A stretch of DNA of 63,653 bases, counting the filler, from Octopus bimaculoides (taxonomy: Eukaryota), in assembly GCF_001194135.2 (NCBI RefSeq). It is 4 parts of 4 records of this genome, joined end to end, with 100 filler letters (N's around TTAATTAATTAA, not from the genome) between each part and the next. Parts side by side here need not be neighbours in the genome. Positions count along the whole stretch, not along the records: positions 1 to 26,578 come from NC_068988.1; positions 26,679 to 32,504 come from NC_068994.1; positions 32,605 to 53,201 come from NC_068995.1; 1 more part is not named here. The stretch is one strand, 5' to 3'. Positions within the stretch are counted from its first letter, which is position 1, and each line of letters opens with the position of its first letter. The notes under the pieces were generated by a model that searched no databases, was not told the origin of the DNA, and worked only from the letters and a program-made list of their open reading frames with translations. The translations under genes were made by a program, and so were the position numbers. Below are positions 26,311-39,121 of the stretch, one piece after another.

Positions 26311-26566
26311 TATTCGGATGGCGTATAATTATTGTGGCTTTTTTTCAACAAATTTTATTCAACAAAAAACACTAACAGCATGTAACAAAAACATCTTTAA
26401 ATGATTATTCTGGAACATATTCACCATCTACTTCAATTACTGCTTCGCATTTGCTTGGCAGATGGGCAGACCATCATTTAAAGATGTTTTTGTTAAATAT
26501 TGTTATTGTTTTTGTTGAATAAAATTTGTTGAAAAAAAGCCACAATAATTATGCACCAACCCAATA
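26311..26566. mobile_element. mariner-type MITE with ~95-bp inverted arms and TA flanks
   Basis: Arms 26311-26405 and 26473-26566; terminus tattgggttggtgcataattattgtgg resembles the Hsmar1/MADE1 TIR; TA on both sides. Confidence 0.8.
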
Positions 26567-29500
26567 TATATGTATGTTNNNNNNNNNNNNNNNNNNNNNN
26601 NNNNNNNNNNNNNNNNNNNNNNTTAATTAATTAANNNNNNNNNNNNNNNNNNNNNNNNNNNNNNNNNNNNNNNNNNNNCTTATTCTATCGATCTCTTTTT
26701 GCCGAACCGCTAAGTTACGGGGACGTAAAGACACCACCATCGGTTGTCAAGCGATGTTGTGGGGGGGGGGGCAAACACAAACATATACACACAAATATAT
26801 ACATATATATTCATATATACGACAGGCTTCTTTCAGTTTCCGTCTACCAAATCCACTCACAAGGCTTTGGTCGGCCCGAGGCTATAGTAGACACTTGCCC
26901 AAGGTGCCACGCAGTAGGAATGAACCCGGAACCATGTGGTTGGTAAGCAAACTACTTACCGCACAGCCACTCCTGCGCCTATAGTTTAACCATCTTTTTT
27001 GAATGAATCGGCTGCGAGAAAGAAAGAAAGACGTGTTTTGGGATGGAGAAGAGGAACGAGAAAAATCCGTGATGATAACTGGAATATAAGTGAGAATGAG
27101 TTATAGTACCGGATCTCTTATCCGGCTTCCAGAAATCCGGGAATTACTGTGCAATATCATGCAGTATTTACTGTACCCGGNNNNNNNNNNNNNNNNNNNN
27201 NNNNNNNNNNNNNNNNNNNNNNNNNNNNNNNNNNNNNNNNNNNNNNNNNNNNNNNNNNNNNNNNNNNNNNNNNNNNNNNNATATATATATATATATATAT
27301 ATATATGGGTGTGTGTATGTGTGTATTTATGTATGGATGGTTCTAAATTCTAGTCTTCTAGTCTTTTGCTATGTGATTTCTCTGAACTCAGTTGCCAAGA
27401 GTAACAAACCAACCAGCCTGCCAACCAGCCAACCGGCCAGCCAGCCTGCGTGCCAACTGGCCGACCAGCCAGCCAGCCAGAGAGCAAGCTAGCTTAGCCA
27501 ATGAGCAGCTTCCAAAGTGGATAGTGCCATCAAATAAGAGGGAAAATCCTATGGTGTTTTTATAGTCCAGTCGTTGGAAGTTTACTCAATTCCATTAGTT
27601 TAGTATCGGTGCCGCACTATCGGTAGCGGCTAGTGTTCTCTAAAATGGTAAATGGTAATCATTCCGATGCTATAAAAGAGAGATCAATACTGGCCGTGTT
27701 GTTTGTTGGCTGTGAAGTGATATAGATTCTTTCAATTATAACTATTTCCATTTTTTTGCTGAGCAAGCTAACAAGGGAGCTTCCAGGTGGTCATGCAACC
27801 TGCTAGAAATAACAACCAAATCTCGCATCCTATCATCTGTCAAGGAAGAGCAGCCAAATATCCCTCAAATCACACTGTCATGCTGCCATAATGCAAAAAA
27901 AAGGGACACATTTTATAATGTATTCCTAGATGTACTAGCTTGCCTACCAACCACATGGTTCTGGGTTCAGTCCCACTGCGTGGCACCTTGGGCAAGTGTC
28001 TTCTACTATAGCCTTGGGCCGACCAAAGCCTTGTGAGTGGATTTGGTAGACGGGAACTGAAAGAGGCCCGCAGTGTGTGTGTGTGTGTGTGTGTGTGNNN
28101 NNNNNNNNNNNNNNNNNNNNNNNNNNNNNNNNNNNNNNNNNNNNNNNNNNNNNNNNNNNNNNNNNNNNNNNNNNNNNNNNNNNNNNNNNNNNNNNNNNNN
28201 NNNNNNNNNNNNNNNNNNNNNNNNNNNNNNNNNNNNNNNNNNNNNNNNNNNNNNNNNNNNNNNNNNNNNNNNNNNNNNNNNNNNNNNNNNNNNNNNNNNN
28301 NNNNNNNNNNNNNNNNNNNNNNNNNNNNNNNNNNNNNNNNNNNNNNNNNNNNNNNNNNNNNNNNNNNNNNNNNNNNNNNNNNNNNNNNNNNNNNNNNNNN
28401 NNNNNNNNNNNNNNNNNNNNNNNNNNNNNNNNNNNNNNNNNNNNNNNNNNNNNNNNNNNNNNNNNNNNNNNNNNNNNNNNNNNNNNNNNNNNNNNNNNNN
28501 NNNNNNNNNNNNNNNNNNNNNNNNNNNNNNNNNNNNNNNNNNNNNNNNNNNNNNNNNNNNNNNNNNNNNNNNNNNNNNNNNNNNNNNNNNNNNNNNNNNN
28601 NNNNNNNNNNNNNNNNNNNNNNNNNNNNNNNNNNNNNNNNNNNNNNNNNNNNNNNNNNNNNNNNNNNNNNNNNNNNNNNNNNNNNNNNNNNNNNNNNNNN
28701 NNNNNNNNNNNNNNNNNNNNNNNNNNNNNNNNNNNNNNNNNNNNNNNNNNNNNNNNNNNNNNNNNNNNNNNNNNNNNNNNNNNNNNNNNNNNNNNNNNNN
28801 NNNNNGCCAAAATCCGTAGGAAATCATATCGTCATCATCGTTTTAACATCCACTTTTCCATGCTTGAATGGGTTGGACAATGTTCCTTGTGACACATTTT
28901 TCAATGGTCAGATTCCCTTCATGTTTCCCAGCAAAGAACGTTACCTTTCCCTAGCGCCAGACATGTTTACAAAGACCATGGGGAATGAATGATGTAGCTT
29001 TACATCATGAGGTCAAAACAAGAAAATACAAGACACAAACAGGCTTTTTTCAGCTTCTGTCAACCAGATCCACTCAGAAGGCTTTTTTTTTGTCAGTCTT
29101 GGGACTATCTTAGAAGTCACTTGCCCAAGCTGTCACCAAGTGGGACTGAACCTGAAACCAAGTGGTTGGGAAGCAATCTTCTTAACCACACTGCCACACT
29201 TGTGCCATATGCAAAGAGTAAATCTCAGAGGGTTGAATTTCTGGAGAGAAAAGTCTGAGTGCAGTAGCTCGAGTGGGAGCTGAGTGTAGGAGGGAGGAGG
29301 GTCAATAAGCATGACAAGAGGATGGAAGATGAGTGAAACGGAAGTGTTTGAGTGGAGGGGGGACGGGTTACATGAAACCAGTTAGTTTTGAGGAACAGAG
29401 ACAGGGGCAGAAAGAGGAGACAGCAAGGCTTCTTTCAGTTTCTGTCTACCAGATCCTCTCACAAAGATTTGGTTGGCCCAAGGCTTTAGTAGAAGACACT

Positions 29501-32375
29501 TGCCCGAGGTGCCACGCAGTGGGACTGAACCTGGAACCATGTGGTTGGGAAGAAGTAAGCTTCTTGCCACACAGCCACACCTGGAATCATGAAAGGTGAA
29601 AGATTTCAGAATATATCAGATACAGCAAAATAACACAAAGGGTTTTGTCTTACGCTCTACCGATTCTGCCATTCGCCATTTTGCTAGCTTGTTTGTTTGT
29701 TTCAGCAACACTGGACAATTGTCAAAACAATTAATTATATAGATGGATGATGACGACCACTTATAACTAATTAACTAATAATAGCTGAATTAGTATTAAC
29801 ATATTTAATGAGGAGAAGCGTGGAAGCACAAAAGGACTAAGTGGAAAAGAAATAATTATGGGAAAGGAGGATGGAGAAACGATATTAGCAGTGACCAGTA
29901 TTGTTTACATCAGAGGTCAGTCCATTACTAGGTGGTGAACCAGTACTTAGCCATGGATCATTTGGTACCAGACCACACAGAAAGATTTTTAAAAAAATGT
30001 TTTCATTTCTATTCCACTGACTATCGCAGTCTGCAAAGTCATTTTACATGATATATGTATCAGATATGTTAATAATATGTACATAGGCACAGGAGTGGCT
30101 GTGTGGTAAAGTAGCTTGCTTACCAACCACATGGTTCCAGGTTCAGTCCCACTGCGTGGCACCTTGGGCAAGTGTCTTCTACTATAGCCTCGGGCCGACC
30201 AAAGCCTTGTGAGTGGACTTGGTAGACGGAAACTGAAAGAAGCCCGTCGTATATATATATGTATGTGTGTTTGTGTGTCTGTGTGTCCTCCCACCATCAC
30301 TTGACAATCGATGCTGGTGTGTTTACGTCCCCGTAACTTAGCGGTTTGGCAAAAAGAGACCGATAGAATAAGTCCTGGGGTCTATTTTCTCGACTAAAGG
30401 CGGTGCTCCAGCATGGCCGCAGTCAAATGACTGAAACAACTAAAAGAGTAAAAGAGAGTATNNNNNNNNNNNNNNNNNNNNNNNNNNNNNNNNNNNNNNN
30501 NNNNNNNNNNNNNNNNNNNNNNNNNNNNNNNNNNNNNNNNNNNNNNNNNNNNNNNNNNNNNNNNNNNNNNNNNNNNNNNNNNNNNNNNNNNNNNNNNNNN
30601 NNNNNNNNNNNNNNNNNNNNNNNNNNNNNNNNNNNNNNNNNNNNNNNNNNNNNNNNNNNNNNNNNNNNNNNNNNNNNNNNNNNNNNNNNNNNNNNNNNNN
30701 NNNNNNNNNNNNNNNNNNNNNNNNNNNNNNNNNNNNNNNNNNNNNNNNNNNNNNNNNNNNNNNNNNNNNNNNNNNNNNNNNNNNNNNNNNNNNNNNNNNN
30801 NNNNNNNNNNNNNNNNNNNNNNNNNNNNNNNNNNNNNNNNNNNNNNNNNNNNNNNNNNNNNNNNNNNNNNNNNNNNNNNNNNNNNNNNNNNNNNNNNNNN
30901 NNNNNNNNNNNNNNNNNNNNNNNNNNNNNNNNNNNNNNNNNNNNNNNNNNNNNNNNNNNNNNNNNNNNNNNNNNNNNNNNNNNNNNNNNNNNNNNNNNNN
31001 NNNNNNNNNNNNNNNNNNNNNNNNNNNNNNNNNNNNNNNNNNNNNNNNNNNNNNNNNNNNNNNNNNNNNNNNNNNNNNNNNNNNNNNNNNNNNNNNNNNN
31101 NNNNNNNNNNNNNNNNNNNNNNNNNNNNNNNNNNNNNNNNNNNNNNNNNNNNNNNNNNNNNNNNNNNNNNNNNNNNNNNNNNNNNNNNNNNNNNNNNNNN
31201 NNNNNNNNNNNNNNNNNNNNNNNNNNNNNNNNNNNNNNNNNNNNNNNNNNNNNNNNNNNNNNNNNNNNNNNNNNNNNNNNNNNNNNNNNNNNNNNNNNNN
31301 NNNNNNNNNNNNNNNNNNNNNNNNNNNNNNNNNNNNNNNNNNNNNNNNNNNNNNNNNNNNNNNNNNNNNNNNNNNNNNNNNNNNNNNNNNNNNNNNNNNN
31401 NNNNNNNNATATATGTATGTATGTGTGTTTGTGTGTCTGTGTGTCCTCCCACCATCACTTGACAATCGATGCTGGTGTGTTTACGTCCCCGTAACTTAGC
31501 GGTTTGGCAAAAAGAGACCGATAGAATAAGTCCTGGGGTCTATTTTCTCGACTAAAGGCGGTGCTCCAGCATGGCCGCAGTCAAATGACTGAAACAACTA
31601 AAAGAGTAAAAGAGAGTATATGGTCATGGCTGGAATACTATTGATCATATAAGTCTGGTCTACTCAATCCAGGTTGACCTCGGGCTAAACAATTGACTAC
31701 TTAGAGTTAGCATGTGACATTTGCCAGAGCAGCTGGCAATTAAGGATAATAACAGTGACCCCCATTAAAAATCGTTAAAAGGATTTAGTGGTTGGGGATG
31801 ATGGCACAGTACTTGTTTAGCCCCGAGTAAATTCTGATCAAGTAGATTTATCATCTATGCGTTCCAGCCATGATGGTTCCATCTTGGTTTTGAATTTTAT
31901 AATACTAGGTGACCTTTCTTTTTAAAGTGTGTTTTTCTTGTGGGGTCAGAGGCCAGAGGGAAGATTTGGCTGTTATTTCAAACTAGATGAGCAACTACAG
32001 AAAGTCTTCCTCTTCATTCATTAGTTGGTGACTGGTGGTGATTGGTGCAGCCCTGCTCCCATCATGACATCACAGATCCACCTAATTACTGGGAATTATT
32101 TCCCTTGCAATATGTTTTTTTGTATTTTTCTTGTACATTTTAAACAGTTTTTGTTTACTAACTGACTGGATGCTCTCAACCCAAGTCTTACAATTCCCTT
32201 CATTATTTGTGTGATGATACTCTACCATTTGTGTTTTGTATGCAGGAAAAATGCCAAGGTTTTTTGGTGGTAAGAGCCCGCATCTCTAGTGGCAAGAGCC
32301 CATGTTTTTGGCAGGAAGTTGTTTTTGGAGTCAAGCTCTGGCATTGTTCTCAGGTGTCTCCGATGGGAACAGCCC

Positions 32376-32504
32376 GCGACTTCAGCGGAAACGGCCCGCA
32401 GCTTCGGCAAAAACGGGTCGCGGCTTCGGTGGAAAACGGGTCGCGGCTTCGGCGGAAAACGGGCAGCGACTTCGGCGGAAAACGGGCAGCGACTTCGGCG
32501 GAAA
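32376..32504. repeat. CpG-rich minisatellite, ~23-bp unit gcgacttcggcggaaaacgggca, ~5.5 copies visible
   Basis: Direct tandem copies running into an N-gap. Confidence 0.9.
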
Positions 32505-32604
32505 NNNNNNNNNNNNNNNNNNNNNNNNNNNNNNNNNNNNNNNNNNNNTTAATTAATTAANNNNNNNNNNNNNNNNNNNNNNNNNNNNNNNNNNNNNNNN
32601 NNNN
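32505..32604. other. Artificial 100-bp scaffold spacer N44-TTAATTAATTAA-N44 (also 26579-26678 and ~53202-53300)
   Basis: Identical 12-mer with stop codons in all six frames, centred in N-runs at 26623, 32549 and 53246. Confidence 0.9.
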
Positions 32605-32726
32605 GTAGAATATACTTGCCGAAGGTGCTACGCTGTGGAATTGACCCCAGAACAATATCACTTCTTACCACCCAGCCACGCCAGCACTTGCTGCGCTTGC
32701 CGCGCTTGCGCCTGCCACGCCTGCGA

Positions 32727-32814
<88 letters not shown>

Positions 32815-33692
32815 AGCTGCATACATACATTTATATACATATATATAGGCATATGCAGGGCAAGCTTCTGCATAACCTTAGCCTACCAAACTCTAGCCAC
32901 GTGTGTTTAGTCTACCCAAAGGACTAGTAGAAAACACTTACTCAAGATGCTGTCACCTGAGTTCGAACACAAAATTACAAAGCCACAATACAGTTTCCTT
33001 AATCTAGTAGCCATTTATCCGTGCATAATTATTTCATGTGCATCTATTGTTAACATTCACCATCACCATCAGCAATGTCACCACCAAACTATATTAACAT
33101 CGTTAACAACAGCACTGTCATTATGATCAACATCATCATGATCACCTGTTTCTTTATTCTCTCCTCATCATAATCCTTTCCGAAGTCGTCGTCGTCATTG
33201 ACAATAATTGCATTGTTGTCATCATTTGGCTCGTTGTCTTTGTCATTAAATTATTCACGAGATCCTGTTACAATGGAAGAGTTAACAACACACGTTCTAT
33301 ACTTCGATAAAGTCTTGTAAGCTTAATAAACGCTTTCATCGCCATTATTACAATCTTTAATTCGGGATCGATAACAAATACACTTCCAATACGTAGTATG
33401 TCTTTGTCTTGTGAAAACAAAGCCTTAATGTCATGGGTTTATTATGATCTGTCTTTTGCGCCCTTAAAAATAAAGATCACAAAAACCATCAGAACCACCA
33501 AAACCACCACCACCACCACCACTACCATCACCATCACAATCCACCACCACCAAAAACCACCACGATCACGACGACGACGACCACCACCACCACCATCACC
33601 ACCACCATCATAATCTTTGTGGTGGTAGTGATGGTTGTCCGACGCTGTCGTTGCAGTTTGGCTGTGTGCTATTGTTGTTATTGTTGTTGTTG

Positions 33693-33764
<72 letters not shown>

Positions 33765-33849
33765 GTATTAGTATGATTATTATTATTAAAGGTAGCGAGT
33801 TGGCAGAGTCTTTTGCACGATCTGAGTTCAAATTATTCAGACCCCAAAG

Positions 33850-35420
33850 AATTCCTGTTTACCAAATATTCTTCCAGGTTTCTTCTTTCACTGTTGATGC
33901 TCTCCCGTACGCTAATCAGCCCACGGCCACCTTTACCCCTCTTCATGTAGAACCTGTGTACATTCGCCTTAGGGTGAAGGGCACCATATATTGTCATTGT
34001 CTTTCAGGTAGTGCGATCGAGTTGGTTAATCTACACTCGTGTCCATTTCAGAGTGGATACACTATAGTGGACTACAGCAACAGCCCATATGTTGATGGCA
34101 GTTACAAGGTTTCTTGAGTTGAGTTTTGATTTCAAGAGAAGATTGAGGTGCTTGAAATATGTAATGGTAACTTTGTCTTTCATTTCTCTGTGAAAGATAT
34201 TGTCCAGCTCCAGAATGCCAAGGTACTTGTATTTATCATTATCCGGGTCTTCTATTCTCTCTCTGTTTGACAATTCTGTTTTCCTACAACCTGCTCTTTC
34301 CCCTCGTTTCAAATTGAGCACTGCACGCTTCGAGATACCGAATTCCATCCCTATATGCTTGCTGCACATCTGCACAATCTCAACCAGCCTCTCCAGCTCG
34401 GGCTCTGTTTTTGTGAACAGTTTTTAATAATCCATAAAGAGAAGGTAGTTGAGACGAGGTCCATTATTTCTCAGCTCATAGTGAGCGTTGACTTTGCGTA
34501 GGACTACAGAAAGTGGGATCAAAGCTATAACAAATACCAGAGGTGAACAAGAGTCTCCTTGGAAGATATCCCTTTTGATTGTTACCTCGGCTAAGTGGTG
34601 GTTGTTACAGAAAATACGTGTTTTCCAACTAGGCATGCTGTTCTAAATCAGTGCATACACATTCTGAGCTATTCCATACATGTCGAGTGTTTCCAAAATC
34701 CACAAATGCGGCAACATGTCGTAAGCCATTTTAAAGTCTATTCAGGCCATGCACAAGTTTTGTTTTTGGTATCGTTTACAGTTCTTCGTTACAACCTTGT
34801 CTACTACAAGGTGGTCTTTGGTGCCCTTGGATACTTTTCGGCATCCCTTTTTGTTCTATAGAAGTAGATTACTTTCCGCAAGGAACGTATATATTTTCTC
34901 TGCGAAGATGTCTATTAACACTTTTCATTGGAGATTAAGACAAGCAATGGGTCAGTAATTGCCAACCTCATTGCCCTTTGACCGATCTTTCATCAACAAT
35001 GTTGTCTTTCCCTCTACGACCAACGAACTTCGCCTCTCTGTAGGCAATTGTGTGTTGACCTGAACCACTTGAGCCAGTAACCTTGAATTCTGTCTGGCCC
35101 TGCCGCTTTCCAGTTTGGCAGTTTTTATACATGTGCGATAACATCTTCCCTTTTTATGCGCACTTGATCCTGATCCTGTCGTGGAGCTTCCGGGTGATGG
35201 AGTTCGGATCTTACAGAATGAATCCACTCAGCATTGTGGTTGTGGGAAACTTCTTGTCCCCAGATGTTATTCCAAAATTGGCGGGTTTCCTCTCCTTCAG
35301 AAGGTATATTATCTTCAGTATCTCCCCCTAAGCTCTTAAAACACTGCTTCTGGTTACTTGAGAATAACCAGTTTTGTTAGAACAGTGATATGCGATCAGC
35401 GTAGCGTTGCACCTCTTATT
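33850..35420 (-). mobile_element. R4/Dong-like non-LTR retrotransposon, RT-domain relic
   Basis: LPNWKAAGPDRIQGYWLKW, GNYxPIACL, IFQGDSCSPLVF, LLFMD, MEFGISK, YKYLGI, LNSRNLVTAINIWAV and GGRGL motifs in frameshifted pieces. Confidence 0.85.
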
Positions 35421-35478
35421 ACTATTATTATTGTTGTTGTTGTTGTTGTTCTTCTTCTTGTTGTTGTTGTTCTTCTTT

Positions 35479-35510
<32 letters not shown>

Positions 35511-37061
35511 CTTCTTCTTCTTCTTTTTCTTCTTCTTCTTCTTCTTCTTCTTCTTCTTCTTCTTCTTCTTCTTCTTCTTCTTCTTCTTCTTCTTCTCCTT
35601 CTCCTCATCATTATTATTATGTTCTGAGTTCAAATGCCGACGAAGCCAACTTTGTCTTTTTACCTTTCGAGATCGATAAAATAAATACCAGTTGACCACT
35701 GGAGTCAATGTAATCGACGCAGCCCCTACCCGTAATAGTACTGGCTTTGAGCCAATATTTGAAATTATGAAACTATTATCTTTAATTTGGTGCTACCTAC
35801 GACTTTGGTATTGCCTATGAACTAAAGAGTGTCAGAAAAAATAATGGATTACTATTTCAATTGGGTGTTTATATTTTGTCGAGTTTGTTTTTCCCAACAC
35901 CATAGAAAAGTTAAAAGTATTTTCTGCGTTTCGGGAAGAGATTTTAACATTTTGATTATTTTGCCTTGAGAAAATTTCCCAAAATGTTTGAAAAAATATC
36001 ATTCTCAGAGGCCGCAGAAGGGGGTAACAACAAAAATGGTAGCAACATTTAAATTTCCTTCAAAATTACACGATCAGAAAGTTGCACTCAAGGACACATT
36101 TTGCAAAAGAGGACATTCGCAACTCGACACACACAAGAAGTGACATCCAGAGTCTTAAGAAAATATCAGTTTTGATAACGTTTTCAGCAACAACAGGTTG
36201 AATCGATTTCAAAACTACAACAGATAATAAAAATTACAAAGCAAAAAACTTTATATGGATGGCTTGTTAGAACACCGATGTGGTCCAGTTGACCGAAATA
36301 ACGTGGTATGGAAATTCCGACGTGTGCTTTTAAGTAGCAAGCGCCTATGTGCCTATATGAGAGGATCTCTCACGGCTAATAACGCAGTATTCTGTGTTCT
36401 AATAAGGCTTCCATTCTAAGGTGGATATAAAGATTACCTTTTGGTATAAATGCTGCTTCCGCCGCTAATAATTTTTAATAAGCCTGTCGGCTATTTGCGA
36501 CAGCATCTGAAGAGATGCTCGTATTTCACAGGTAACTTGCATCCATACACTAATATATTAAACCGAAGATATCAAGTGAAGAACCACAGTAGCAACACCA
36601 TAAATTATGTCATATTAAATTTCATCTTTGTAATATATACTGTTCATACATCGTACCTAACCATTTGTCGAGATTCTGGGTAAAGAATCGAAATCCGGAT
36701 ATTTAGGAATAGAGGATTTGGCAAGATTTCAAAATATACTAAAATATTATAAATTGAGCAGTTACTTTTGTATTTTATATTCATAACTATATTAATACTT
36801 ATATTTTATTATTATATTAAACCTTAAGGTCGCGAGCTGGCAGAATCGTTAGCGGCATTTCGTTTGTTTTTACATTCTCAGTTCCATCGAGGCCCACTTT
36901 GCCTTTCATCCTTTTGGTGTCGATAAAATAAGTACCAGTTGAACACTGGAGTCGATGTTATCGACTTATCTCCCCTTCCGAAATTGCTGGCCTTGAACCA
37001 ACATTTGAAGCCATTATTATATTAAACCTTTGAAGTGAATGTATATATTAATCATTATGCA

Positions 37062-37126
<65 letters not shown>

Positions 37127-37474
37127 GATAAACACAAACACACGGACTCACCCAAACATATGAACACAAACACACACGTAAATACACATACTGTATTCTT
37201 TAAGTTGAATTCTTTTACCACCTATTGTCTTTCATACAAGCAAAATTTTTGTCCAATTCTCTTGAATAACGGTGAGTTCATTGCTGCGCACGGCACGTTG
37301 TAGAATAGCAGCTGCTCCTCTTTGTTTAAATCATGTTGATCAATTATGCTATATTTCGCTGTTGGCTTTGTTTTTGTGTTGGGATCTTTGTATTATTTTC
37401 ACCCTGTTCTTTTAAGTTATGGGTTTTCATTTATATGCAGTAAATATTTGCCTTTCATTTACTCCAAAGTAAAG

Positions 37475-37523
<49 letters not shown>

Positions 37524-38524
37524 GTTATTGTTGTTGTTATTATTATTATTATCATGAAAACTCACAGCTTATTATTATTATTATTATTATTGAATAAATA
37601 ATAAATAATAACGAAAGCATTTATCTAACGTGTGTTTGATCTTTCAGCAGTTGATATCGAAATGTTAAAAGCGCATATCATTCATCGTGATATTATTTTT
37701 CTTCTCTCTTTCTGAAGATATATCTCTGATTAGGAAATAACTTTCAAAGCTACCACCAATCATATCATTGTAGCATTTTATCGTTTCGTAGATATTTACC
37801 CTCACTCAACATTTTTGTAGTTTACACATGATTTCCTGGATGTTGTTGGGACTGGCCCCTCGAAAATCAATAACTATCAGGCTATGAATATTTTTTGTAA
37901 TCAGGATTAAGAACTATCTAGCGGTATCTAATTATACATTTCTTCTAGAGTGTAAGTTAAGCCAAACAATAGTCTTCTTTTGGTCACTTGCAAGGAAGAT
38001 GATTTTCTTTTTAAAGCGGCTGTTTTTTATTATATATTTTTATATAGGTGCATATATTCGTGCGCGTGCGCGCACACACACACACAGACACACACAAATA
38101 CACGCACAAATACACACACAAACACACATACAGCCGCAAGCGTGGATGAGTAGTAACAAGTTTGCTTCTTAACCACATGGTTTCGAGTTCAGTCCAACGG
38201 CGTGAGGACTTGCGTAAGTGTTCTCTTTCTACTGTAGCCTCAGGCAGACCAAATTCTTGTTAGTGGATTTATCAGATGGATTTACCAACTGTTGAATAAT
38301 CCACCTACTGGAACTATAACTTATGACGGGCAAACTACTTCCCGTTCGACAAATACAAAAGGCAACAAATATATATATCAAAACATTAAGAAAGGAAATA
38401 CCAATCAGAATGAAAAACACCCGCTGCGGCCACATCGTGATAGTAGCAATGATAGTGATATAGCCAACACGGTAACAGCGTTGGAAGATGAAGTCAGCGC
38501 TGTCACATATACGACTAAATCTAA

Positions 38525-38870
38525 TGCTTATGCAGAGAAAAAGCAAAATACCCGTTGATGAACCTTTGTATGAGTAAGAATCTTGCACTTAAATGCATCA
38601 TACACACAAGAGAAGGACCGTACGTTTACATTGGAGCAACGTCTGATTCATTCAAGAATCGTTATCACAATCATGTCGCCAGCTCCAAGAAAATCAACAT
38701 TCGACATCTTTGACTGATTTTGTGTGGAGACTTAAGGAAAATAAATCTAAATATGATCTAACTTGATCTAAAGCATGCACAACCGTATAATATCCTTTCC
38801 AGGAGATGTAGACTCTGTTCCGAGGAATTCTCGACTATTTTGCGGACCACTGAAAGACTGTCAAGATGTT
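38525..38870 (+). mobile_element. Penelope-like element GIY-YIG endonuclease relic
   Basis: CLCREKAKYPLMNLC...YIGATSDSFKNRYHNH, then after a frameshift STSLTDFVWRLKEN...PYNILSRRCRLCSEE; matches the PLE GIY-YIG pattern CxC...YIG.T...FK.RY.NH...C.LC..E. Confidence 0.85.
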
Positions 38871-38900
38871 TAGATACTTATAAATGCACTTTCGCACAAT

Positions 38901-39121
38901 CTTTTCTACTCTAGGCACAAGGCCCGAAATTTTTAGGGAGAGGGCCAGTCGATTAGATCGACCTCTGTACGCAACTGGTACTTAATTTATCGACTCCGAA
39001 AGGATGAAAGGCAAAGTCGACCTCGGCGGAATTTGAACTCAGAACGTAAAGACAGACGAAACACCATTAAGCATTTCGTCCGGCGTGCTAACGTTTCTGC
39101 CAGCTCACCACCTTAAGGGAA
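38901..39121 (-). mobile_element. SINE family A copy with 11-bp target-site duplication
   Basis: tttcgcacaat occurs at 38890-38900 and 39122-39132, flanking a complete copy. Confidence 0.85.

Noticed and set aside
27069-27180. Possible C/D snoRNA (GTGATGA box C)
   Set aside because: No CTGA box D or terminal stem before the gap.
30261-31619. 201-bp exact duplication (30261-30461 = 31419-31619) across a gap
   Set aside because: Identical copies sharing private mutations on either side of an N-gap are most simply unmerged contig overlap.
32246-32269. 24-nt plus-strand micro-exon candidate (tgcag...GTG|gtaaga)
   Set aside because: Good splice sites but too short to separate from chance, and no partner exons identified.
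32376-32504. CRISPR-like interpretation of the 23-bp repeat
   Set aside because: No unique spacers, eukaryotic context, no cas genes.
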